64,000 bases of DNA from Eukaryota sp. GEM-RC1 (lineage: Eukaryota). The notes below the pieces were generated by a model that was not told the DNA's origin, did not search any database, and saw only the letters and a program-made list of their open reading frames with translations. Made by a program: the position numbers and the translations under genes. The stretch covers positions 868,001 to 932,000 of the forward strand of contig JAUFOQ010000017.1 in assembly GCA_040285855.1 (NCBI GenBank), read 5' to 3'. Within the stretch, counting starts at the first letter, position 1; each line of letters starts with the position of its first letter. Shown piece after piece: positions 12,061 through 23,061 of this stretch.

Positions 12061-13768
12061 TTATTCTAAATATTGTAAAGAATGATGATGATAAAGTAAA
12101 ACATAGCCATTTAAAGAAATCTCAGTTAATACTGTCTGTTTGTCTACACCTTTCTTGCAATCACTATTGGTATCATGTAACCACCAAGAACCTTCTTTTT
12201 CCTTTGCATATGTCACACAGTGACCGTCAGCAAGGGAATCGTAATGACAGATCGCAGACAGCAGTCTGTATGTGTATTTTTCTTCAACACTACTTTTGGT
12301 CTTGGTTGACACTTTGGCGGTTCAGGTTCGACTGGTACTTCTTTCCCAATCACTACCTCTAACAAAATGCTGACTCCCACACTTTCTTTCATTTTCATTA
12401 GAAATGTCAAAGACAGACAATTCTTCTGATGTTGGATAATGAGACAATGTGTAAATGTCCTTAAGTGGCAGTTGTGAGTTGATTTCATTGGTAGGGGAAA
12501 ACTCAATCGATTCTGAACCCAATTGTGCTTCAGAAGACAGGAATAGATAGAGTGATAGATTTGAAGAAATAGTAACTGGTTGAGGATGTCCAGTCAGTCT
12601 AATGATAAGAGCTTTTGGAAGAGAAGCAAAAGTTTCAGTAATTTCTGATTTTTGTTCAGGACAAGTAGCACAAATTATTTCTTTTCGAAAAGGTAGATGA
12701 GCTTGCAACAATGATTCGAGATCGGTTGGTCTAGAAGGATACCGCCTTTGGATACTTTCCTTGTTAATTTCCAAGGCGAAGTGAATTTTAGATGTCGGAT
12801 CAGTCCCACACCAAGAACATTTTGTTGTTGTTTTAATACAGAAACAAAATGCATTAACAGCACAAGAATGCTTTAATTTTTGAGTTATCAACAATTGATC
12901 TAAATCTTGCTGAAGTGATGATTTGACATCTAACTGAGTCTGAACTTTTTTTGGTGATGGTTTCTCATCTAAATCATATCCATAATATTGGAAGTCTGTA
13001 GTATCAGTTTCTTCTGATTCAGACTGTGGTTCAAATTTTTGACAAAGAGTGTAATTCATCATTTGATGAAGATGGCAAGGTGGTGCGGAATTCCTTGTCA
13101 AGTGTTTTTAAAAGTTTGGCAAGAAAATTGAAAGGATCGTGTTGACCCGCCGCAAACACAGGATAAATGTCAGCGATTTGCGCACGAACACCTTCAATAT
13201 CTTTCGTATAAAAACAATTGAAGAGAGGAGTAGCAGAAGTATCAAAATCTAGTTCTTTGAAATGATTTACATTGAGTTCGAAGAAACGTTCAATGTGACG
13301 TATAATAAAATGGATAACTGAATAGACATAACAACAATCAGATGAAGTAGAAATTGAAGGAGTAGTAGTTTTAACAGGAATGGCAAGAGCCTCGTTAACT
13401 GTTTTAGTCAAACTGGAAAGAGAAGAAGGGGATACAATCAGGTTATGAGATGAGAGGGTGGTTTTTACGATGAAAGATATCACGTCGCTAATACACTGTG
13501 TATCTTCAAGGGGAGTGATTGCACGAAGATTAGAGGACGATGCTAAGCTGAAAAGGAACTTTGTTTGTGCAACGTCTGATGTTACAAGAACGAGATTGAA
13601 ATGGTATTGAATATGTCCATTATACACTACGACAATGAAGAAGTCGCCCGCAGTGTCTTGGACGATGACAATTTCAACATCTGTAACTTCCGCAGGAATG
13701 TCATTTACGAAGTCTAGTTGCATCTGTTGTTTGGGAAAACGTTGGCGGACACGGAATGATGTTGACAT
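12061..13768 (-). CDS. Ubiquitin-specific protease (USP, peptidase C19), frameshifted into four pieces
   Basis: Cys box CCYVYSVIHF, GQHDPFNFL, fingers CSWC/CATC, LPKALIIRL, His box YRLLSAICHYDSLADGHCVTY, WWLHD. Confidence 0.82.
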
Positions 13769-13940
13769 GTTTGTACAGAGAGGAAAATTTATGTCCTAGT
13801 CTATTATTACAACAAAGATTCCATTTTTGACTTTCAATCAATACAATAGGGTGGGTTTATTCATTCCGTGATGAATTTGTCATTCACGAGGATTAATGTT
13901 TTACTATAACTAACTAATACAGGATTAATAAAGGAACCAG

Positions 13941-15493
13941 TGAAGTAGAAATTGAAGGAGTAGTAGTTTTAACAGGAATGGCAAGAGCCTCGTTAACTGT
14001 TTTAGTCAAACTGGAAAGAGAAGAAGGGTTAGGCAAAATCAGGTCTTGACACTTAATTCGTGGAAGTCGCCATTGATTATTCGTACGATCATACACTTGA
14101 AGGTTGAGTTTTTGAGAAAGTTCCCACACTAAGAATTTAAGTGTCGGCTGCCACAAACCTAAGAAATCTTACCAACATAAACGTGTTCAAAAATTTGTTC
14201 ACTAATCAGTCTGTTGCTGGGTTGAGTACAAACAAAGGATGGCCCAGAACAATGAGCCTTAACTTTATTAATTATCTTGTGACTGGTTCTTTTCATGATG
14301 AGAACTACAGATTTACTTGAAGATACTAAAACAATTTTTTAGTAACGAAAAAGTTTAAATCAAAAACATTCTGTATGAAGAGTTTCGACAACGTCGTTGT
14401 CTATATTCAACGTTCCAATGGCAAGTTTTTGATTCATGTGAAAATCTGGATCACCATATTGGAGAGCAAATCTGTGGACCAAGTTTTGTTCACTTCGTTC
14501 TTTTCTTGAATACTGGGTAAGGCGTCTACGTCTAAAAAATTTCTCTTCATAGAAACAAGCCTTGAAAGTTTTTGGAACTGAATCAGTTGTAATTAAAACT
14601 TTTTATAACTCAAATACAACTGCACTTGTTGATAAACAGTAGATTTTCAACATCCACTGCCGTAGCTTTGATGATGCAGCCTCCCTATCCTTATCTAACT
14701 CAACTCGAGACTGACTCCATTGCAGGGTTTCGGGCTCAGTTGAGTTTAGATAGTCCCAGTATGAAAGGCCTTATTACTTTATGCAAAATTCTGTCTATTA
14801 ACAGGACAGTGATTGATCTGGATATCTCCCCCAACTTAATTGATATTGAAAGTCACATTTTCATTTATGTTTTTCACCAACGAATTTTGTTCCCAAAGAA
14901 GCGGGGGTGGCAGGATTTGAAGAGGTGATGTATATGACATAAAGACCATTTACATCTGTTGATCTACTCTGCTTCTGAATTGTACAGAGGAACGAAGATA
15001 TACCACCAAGCTATTGCTCAAGATGTTCCCATTGTGACTTTGAGAAGAAGAGCAGAGAGAAATGAAACAGAGGGAACGAAGAAAGTTATACAGTATGGCC
15101 GATGCACGATTACTGATTAAAAATTGAGGATTTTCAGCGATCTGTTTGATTGTTAACAATGGCTCAATCACGATGGAACGAAGAAAGTTGTTATACAGTA
15201 TGGCCAAGACAAATCACAAGACAACCATACTTCTCAGAGGACAATCTTCAAGTGGTTCAATGCAACGTTAAGCGGATCTACGAAACATACAATGCAAGAG
15301 GCATTCAGCAAGAATCAGTCAGAAATCCAGTGTTTTCAGCAGAGGAGATAACTGAAGGAGCATCATCACAGAAGAAGTGGATAAAGAGAAAACCACGGAA
15401 CAACACATTCCTTCAACCCACCATCCAAATCCCGTGACCGTGCAATGGAAACAGTATCTGGATGGCGGAATTGAGAAATGGCGGATGTGGACG
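13941..15493. repeat. Patchwork of short direct copies of neighbouring genes
   Basis: 13941-14028=13343-13430; 14072-14113=9486-9527; 14368-14436~4853-4920; 14551-14616~3694-3766; 14622-14650~6060-6088; 15106-15170=7123-7187; 15401-15493~part of the 153-bp repeat. Confidence 0.92.
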
Positions 15494-15933
15494 CAAAGCA
15501 AAGCAATGAGTGCAACCACGATACACCAGATGACAACCCAACTCATCTTGCCCACTTGTCGAGTGCAGGAGACAAATTGACAAGAAGAGCGGAATTGCCA
15601 TCTATGTAAAGAGGTCACTTCTCATAGATATACGTGGCAGCAAGCACATATCGTGACCAAAACTTACTTTTGGCATCATCACAATGTCTATAGTTAGAAA
15701 GATGGAGGATCATACGCATGTCAAGAGAGAAGAAAAGTGAAATTGCAGTATTCATTTTTGGAGTCTTGTCTTGTTTGTCTACAGATAGCAGACATCTTTT
15801 CTGTCTTCGGATATCTCCTACACTTCAAATACAACATTTTTGTACTTACTTACTTGACATCATTCATTAATTAATACATCAACAATGTTATTTTCAATGC
15901 TCTTGTGTATGACAACATTGACAATGCATTGAA

Positions 15934-17320
15934 CTAGAACGTATATGTTGATTTCGTGTTAACAAGGAAGAGACTTGAAACAAAAGAAGAACGGGATGCT
16001 TTATTGATATCTAAACAAAGAAAACTACAATAATGATCTATAAAAACAAATTTAAATCGCATATGGTGTATGAGGCTAGCAGTATCACGAGTAGTATCAC
16101 CAGCAATTCGAATAGCTCTTTCAATTACTGGGGTGGTGGTTTCACGAAGGGCGGAAGCAACTGCACTAAAGATGAGTTTTAAATCGCATATGGTGTATGA
16201 GGCTAGCAGTATCACGAGTAGTATCACCAGCAATTCGAATAGCTCTTTCAATTACTGGGGTTCACGAAGGGCGGAAGCAACTGCACTAAAGATGAGTTCA
16301 AGTTCCTTCTCGTCAAGTGAATGCTTAGAGTTTGCTAAAAGAGTAGTCACTGCCTCATGACCAGTCTTGACAACGCTGTCAACGTCAACAATCTTCTTAG
16401 GTTGAGGTTCAGTTATCTAGAATTAGATCAGTGGATTCATGTATGAAAGAAAAGTGAACCTAGACCTTAGACTTCACTTCACATCTTCGGAGTCCTATAC
16501 AAGACCATGCACACTTATCTCATTCAATAAACAACATCTTCTTTATTTTGTTCTACTTGCCAGTTGTTTCTGCAAAACAGGTCCTACATTTAACTTCTTT
16601 ATCTCTAACTTCTTTCTCTTATCGCTGCCTGAGATAGGCTTTTCCTTTCCACACTGATGTCCCAAAGTCTTGGAAACAAGTGATCCTAGGGAGGATTGAA
16701 TTTCATCGTATTTAGTAGGAGTGGAAGGAGCGGATTCGGTGGGAGAGTTACGAGAGGACTTTGTGAGAGGTTCTGGAGTTGTGGCTTCTTTGCTCACAAC
16801 TTTAGCTTCTTTAAGGTGCTTGTTCTTTTCTTAACAATATGAGTTCTTTCATGAATAACATTAGGAGCAATTGAATAAAACTCAGAAAGATCTTCGTTTT
16901 CTTCAGCATTCATACCATACACTTTCTTAAAACGTGAAGAAATGTCTGGTACTTTTGCGCCTTGGGAAGCTAAATATTGAGTTCTAGAATTAATAAAGTG
17001 AACAATATTCTCAAAAAGTCTTCCTTAGACTGTACCAAGTCTGAGAGGAATTCATCATTGTTGGTACTTATAGAAAGTCCATCGGTTGAATTGTCACGAG
17101 GTCGTGAAATTAGAATATAATCCCCATTGGGACCGAGCTGAACACTTTTACCATCCACCTTTGTCGATGTATAACTAAAGACGTTATAGACATCCTGGTG
17201 CTTGTTCATATTCTTTCTTCGGAAAGCGTTAGAGCGTCGTTTCTTGTTATAATTGACAGACATAGACGTTGCATCATCTGAAGACTGAAATGAGAGTGAA
17301 TAAAGACATACAACTGACAT
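15934..17320 (-). pseudogene. Fragmented hypothetical ORF(s)
   Basis: Run of short minus-strand ORFs (16970-17320, 16543-16797, 15934-16251); no recognisable motif. Confidence 0.3.
16051..16298. repeat. Tandem duplication of ~125 bp
   Basis: TTTAAATCGCATATGG...CTAAAGATGAGTT occurs twice; the second copy lacks 7 bp. Confidence 0.93.
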
Positions 17321-17362
17321 TGGATTTTTGCCGGAAAAATATTTTCCTTCACTATCAATTCA

Positions 17363-18161
17363 ATGACCAACAATATCTTACAAGATTGTTTGGCAACATT
17401 CTTTGAAACATATCTCATTCAACAAATACAAGCATGTGGGTGTATCAAATGCATGGCCATAGGAGAACTTAACTCTCTTGACAAATTGACATCACTTTTG
17501 TCTCACATACATCGTATGAGCTTTCATCCAAATCCTGAAGATGACTTAACTTCTTTATCTCCTTTACTTTCAATCTGCTCACATATACTAGCGAAATGTA
17601 AGACGATCGATTCCATTGTGGAACGTGGTATTCAAAATTGTTTGTTGTTGTTGTAGTAGTGTAGATGTTGAGGGAATGCTAAATTGTTTTTCTGTCCTGT
17701 TATTTGTACTTGCAAATTCTTTACAAGCAATGTATAACACGTTGTTGATCACAAAGTGTGAAAGAATATTGTTTCTCAATGATATTTCCGAATTTCTTTG
17801 GAGTATTAATGATCGACAGTGTCTAGTTAAAGTATTGACAGTTTTGCTACTATCCTTGAATGGTGATGAATGTAGGGAATTGTTACTTACTGAAGTATTC
17901 CAAGAGTTTACAGGATGTTCTGAAACATTGACAGATATAATACTTATGTGTGAGAACAGTCAAGATGAGGAGTTTGTTGACATGTCCGTTGTTGTTAAAA
18001 GGGTGTCTTCGTTGTTCAACTTGTTTGATGTGAATGAGATTTGTGAATGTGATGCAGATTGTGACAAGGAGTTTGTGAGTTTCATTGATTCATTGCTTAA
18101 GTATAAAGAACAGTTGTATTTTATAACAAATAGCAATAAGGAGATTACATTCGACATATAG
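17363..18161 (+). CDS. Hypothetical Cys-containing protein (frameshifted)
   Basis: Overlapping ORFs 17363-17656 and 17616-18161 with coding-like composition. Confidence 0.4.
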
Positions 18162-18618
18162 AGAACACAAATCGGGGTGTTCTACTTCTACGAGGAACAT
18201 CAGCTGTGTAGGGAGGAGGAGGAATTACCTTGGATTTAGTGAAACAGAAGCAGAAGGTACCTTGTCTTCAGATAGAATGGCATCAACGAGGGCTAGGAGA
18301 GAGAACTCATGTTTGATTTGTAAGATCAAGGGGGTGACTTTAAAAGACTCGGATATGAGTTAGAGTGCTCGAAAGTAGTCCAATGACACGATACATTGCT
18401 CTATTTCATCAAGATCGATCCCAACACCAACATCACGTTTTACATAGACATATAATTTGACATATGAGACGATAGAAAGCTCATCATGATAGAACAAGCT
18501 TCTAAGAATTATGTACGACCAGCATTTTCCATAAAGTGGAGGTAGATATATAAATTATAGTGAAAGGAAAGTTTCCCTGCACAATCTGCATCTTAAACAT
18601 CACCACTTCACACACTCA

Positions 18619-20068
18619 ATGTCCATTATCAACACACTTACAGACGAACAGGCTCAGGTCTTCCAAGCTATTACTCATGCAAGACCTTCTAAGCGTCGAA
18701 ATTTCTTCATTACTGGTGGTGCCGGATCGGGCAAGTCTTACCTACTGTACTGTCTTAAACAGTGGTGGTCTAATGCGGGTTCCAAGCTAATGAGACCCAA
18801 TGGCCATGTCTTTTTTACTGCTACTACTGGTGTTGCTTCCACTGTCTTTGGTGGTCAAACCCTACACTCTCTCTTTGGTTATAATTTTATCCGTAATGAA
18901 AAACCAATATCTGATGTCATTCGCTCTATGCCTTCGAGTGTTAAGTCTGTTTTACGAACTATTAGTGCTCGAAATTCAATGCTTGTTATTGATGAAATTT
19001 CAATGTTGACTGCTGAATTATTCAACAGAGCCTCTGATATATTTAAAAATTTACTGAAGTCTCAGTTACCATTTGGTGGACTTCAAGTTGTAATATTTGG
19101 TGATTTTTTGCAACTTGCACCAATTGTAAAATCTGATTCAAACACACGTACTGTTCTTCAACTTTCAGACTTTACGTTTTCATCACAGTCTTGGAAGGAC
19201 TTGAATTTAAATTTTATTGAATTATCTGGAAGTATCCGACAACAAGGTGATGTCAATTTTTATAATTTTTTGAATGAAATACGTCTCGGACTTTTTGATG
19301 ACTATATGAAACATATTTTATTGAAACATAAGTCATTAGCCAAAAATATTGAAAGTCCAACCAAATTATTTGCTAGAAACAAGGATGTCGCCGACGAAAA
19401 TTTAAAGCAATTTGAATTATTATGTGAACAAGGGAATGAAAATGTTGAATTTCATTCCCTCGATAAGTTCAATGAAAACTTAATTAAATCAGAAATTGTT
19501 AAAAGTTGGGCATTTGGTAAGCCTAATGAGGAACAAATGGAAAAGGCTTTTGATTTAAATGTAAAAAAAATTATCAAGTAGGCTAAACGATTTTGCCGAA
19601 CAAAAATTTCACTGTGTCGTCGGGGGTTTGGTAATGTTTACCCAAAACAAACCAGATCAGGGCCTAGTAAATGGGTCAAAAGGCAAAATTATTGATTTCT
19701 CTGAAAGTTCACATTTCATTAATGTAAGATTCGGGAGGGACGAAGAACCAATCAAAATTATTCCAACTAAATTTGAAATTGAGGTGTTGAATGAGAAGAA
19801 AAAGCCTGTAATTATAGCATCCCGATTGCAATATCCTCTTCGTCCTTGTTGGGCAATAACAGTCCATAGATCTCAGGGTCTAACAATTGAAGGAATTGAA
19901 GTTTCCTTAAATTTTTGGGAGTATGCCCAATTGTACGTCACATTGAGTCGAGTGAAGAACTGGAACTCAATTAAAATTTTAGATATTTCTTCTAGATTTC
20001 CTAAACCAAGGATGGATCTATATCAGTGGTATTATTCCACTTTTCACCCCCCCTCGACCGGTTACTAA
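18619..20068 (+). CDS. PIF1-family 5'-3' DNA helicase (frameshifted near 19560-19625)
   Basis: EQAQVF, FFITGGAGSGKS, TATTGVAS...GGQTLHS, IDEISM, PFGGLQVVIFGDFLQLAPI, IRQQGD, GLVNGSKG, QYPLRPCWAITVHRSQGLTI, YVTLSRV. Confidence 0.95.
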
Positions 20069-20081
20069 ACCTCTTTATCCT

Positions 20082-21067
20082 TTGCCATTAGAAGATGAAA
20101 GAATTGTTAGAAATTGGCCTTCTGTGTTGAAAACTTTTGATGAATTTTCGTCCAATATTATTTCTATTGTTGGTGAAAGTATGGAAACTGTTGATGTTCT
20201 TGATCCAGTCAATGAAGAAATTGAGGAAGATTTGGTGGAAGATGTTCCAAAAATTCAAAATTTGAATACCACTTCTGATTCAGTTTTAGAATTACTCGAT
20301 AATGAAGTTGTTGTCTCTGGAAGTGATAGTGGAGATGATGAAACTGATGATGATGACGATGCGTCGTCTAGTATGAATGATTTTGTTGTGAATGATGACG
20401 ATGAGTGTTTCAATAATCAAAGTATAAGTGCCATCAATTCTGATTTAATTTTTCACAAACCTGTGCCAAAACTGAAAAAACAACAGTTACTACTTTGCCT
20501 AAATTGAGACCAAATCTATTGTCTCGAAATACTCTCAAACCAAATTCGAATTTACCTAGTTTGAAATTATCAAAAAAAGTTACAGATCATGAGGACACTG
20601 AATCTATCAACAGAATAACAAATTCTCTTGGTCTTCAGACAGATTTTGAAAACAACTTGAACAATACTCATAGTATTGCAATGCAGACAGAAACAAAGGT
20701 TCTCACAATTGTCCACAATATTGTACCACTGCACTGGAACCAAAATGATACAACATCAGATTGTCTTCCAAATATGAAATTGAAACTTCAGTTGTTAAAA
20801 GATTTAAATTTATTGATGGCGGAAATTTTGAGTTTTCATTTGAATGATAGGGACAAGTACTTTAATGTGTTGTCGTTGACCAATACTTTTGTTATGTCGA
20901 TATTAGATTTAAATGATGAAGTGATGTGTGATGAACAGTGTTTAGGAATATTGGATGAATTTCGTGAAGTGATGTGTGAGTATTGTTGTGGGATTGGATA
21001 TAAGGAGTCGTTTTCGTTGGCTGTGATGTTTGCGAGGGTGATGGGGGGATATAGTAGTGTTAGTTAA
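20082..21067 (+). CDS. Acidic/low-complexity extension, probably the C-terminal part of the PIF1 gene or a separate ORF
   Basis: ORFs 20082-20507 and 20495-21067 follow directly, with breaks near homopolymers. Confidence 0.4.
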
Positions 21068-21165
21068 GTTTGATAAACTGAGGTTGTATATTTTATTGGT
21101 TGTGTTTAAAAAAAATATCAATGTCTAGGTCAACAATTCATTACACATACGACACTTTCATTACA

Positions 21166-21518
21166 AATGTTGTAGTTACAAATGTTGTATCACCAAATGT
21201 TGTAGTTACAAATGTTGTATCACCAAATGTTGTAGTTACAAATGTTGTAGTTACAAATGTTGTAGTTACAAATGTTGTAGTTACAAATGTTGTAGTTACA
21301 AATGTTGTATCACCAAATGTTGTAGTTACAAATGTTGTAGTTACAAATGTTGTATCACCAAATGTTGTATCACCAAATGTTGTAGTTACAAATGTTGTAT
21401 CACCAAATGTTGTAGTTACAAATGTGGTATCACCAAATGTTGTAGTTACAAATGTTGTATCACCAATTGTTGTAGTTACAAATGTTGTATCACCAAATGT
21501 TGTCATTACAAATGTTGT
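21166..21518. repeat. 15-bp minisatellite, 23 units plus a partial, two main variants
   Basis: AATGTTGTAGTTACA and AATGTTGTATCACCA interspersed. Confidence 0.97.
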
Positions 21519-21918
21519 ACATGTAGTTATAACTTGGTGTCTTTGTGTCTTCTGATGAATGAAGCTTCATGGACTTGATGTCGTTGACCTTAGTCTCATT
21601 CCAGATAGCATCTGATAGAATTGAAAAATGCAGTCAAAAACGACTGAAGACACAGCAGTGTATTACACGATCAGAGTTGTAACAAACCAGCAGAGTTGTA
21701 GCAAACCTTAGTGTTTTCCTTTGGAGGATAAGATGTCAATGTGATGTACGTGTAGTAGGATGGTTGTACAACGTTGAGTTTATTCATGACATGGTTGAAC
21801 ACGGTTCACAAGTCTAAGAACGAACACCTGCAAACACGTCTCTATCTTGAAAGAAGCTCAACACTGGATATCAAACGATGTATGGAATCCATCAAAGAAG
21901 GTATAAGTGAATCAGTTT

Positions 21919-21988
21919 GGGGATATGTGGTTATGGGGTGAAGTGTTTTTGGGGTAAAATGATTTTGGGGACATGGAGTATGCACCCC
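21919..21988. other. Four GGGG runs at 16-bp period ending in GCACCCC; candidate element terminus / G-quadruplex motif
   Basis: GGGG at 21919, 21935, 21951 and 21967. Confidence 0.45.
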
Positions 21989-22040
21989 AAATGAATTCAA
22001 CAGAAGTGTTTTAATTGAAATTCTAAAAAAGTCACTTGAA

Positions 22041-22773
22041 ATGCAACCTCCTCCTCAAGATGCCTATCCCCAGCAGCCCTATTACCCTCCTCAGCAGATG
22101 AATCAGGGCCAACCTCCTGTACCGATGCAAAACACAATGATGCCTAACCACAACGGTTTTCCATTCCCTCAACAACCTCAGTATCAGCCGTATGTAACTA
22201 CCTCTTCCCTTTTTTCATTATAGACGAAAGACCAATCCTGTTCCCATCATCATTGCCGTTGTTGTTGTCGCTCTAGTGGTCGTTGCTGTTCTTGTCAATA
22301 TTGATTTGGATGATCTTCTGGACAACGATCCCCTGATGCCAAGAGAGGGGTTCCGATCCTTCTATGTCAGTGAGTTCTTCATCAATGACGAATATCGAAT
22401 TGATTTAGACAGACAACAAGTGTGGTACCGCAACCACGAACTAGGCTTTACTTATGCCTGTTCTGAAGTGAAGAACTGTACAAATGGATTCCCTGTCAGT
22501 TCTTGTTCAGATACGGCCAAGACAGTGCTCCAACGCTTTACAGTCCACCCTGATGCAAAGAGAACGAGCACTCTTACTGTGAATCGGGTAGTGGGATTCA
22601 GAATTTACCAAATTCAATGTACGAATTACGAATACGGAGAAAATGCTTGGTGCTTTACTAATGATAGAATTCGTATAGTTAAATGGCGCGAAGATGGAGA
22701 AGACAAAAGACTCTTCTTGAGCAACTTTAGAGATTTAGAGGAAAACGAGATACCGAACCAGTGTTTATTGTAG
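22041..22773 (+). CDS. Single-pass membrane protein with a P/Q-rich N-terminus; one 34-nt intron (22190-22223)
   Basis: GTATGT...pyrimidine tract...TAG intron joins QYQP to RKTNPVPIIIAVVVVALVVVAVLV in frame (699 nt spliced). Confidence 0.8.
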
Positions 22774-23061
22774 TTTTTAATACAGTGACTGTCGGAAGTT
22801 CTAGTTTATATATATGTGATCTTCAGCAATTTGTTCACATGTCCATGATACTGCAGCTCTTAACCAAACCCTAGTCGTTATTCTCCGAGTTTAGTTACAA
22901 CCGAAGTTTGGAAGCCTTATACAAAAAAATGACAACAATGACATAAAAAGCATCTCTGACAGAAAATAGCTTCTGCTTCTGACGGCTTCTATGACGTTAA
23001 TAGTTATGCTATGGAACACAGAGTTCCGTTTTAAGAAGACAAATCACTAATTTTCCTGTAA

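Noticed and set aside
14901..14921. tRNA T-arm-like sequence on the minus strand
   Set aside because: No cloverleaf; too short.
21100..21555. ORFs (VVTN.../TTTF...) across the minisatellite
   Set aside because: Artefacts of a stop-free 15-bp unit.
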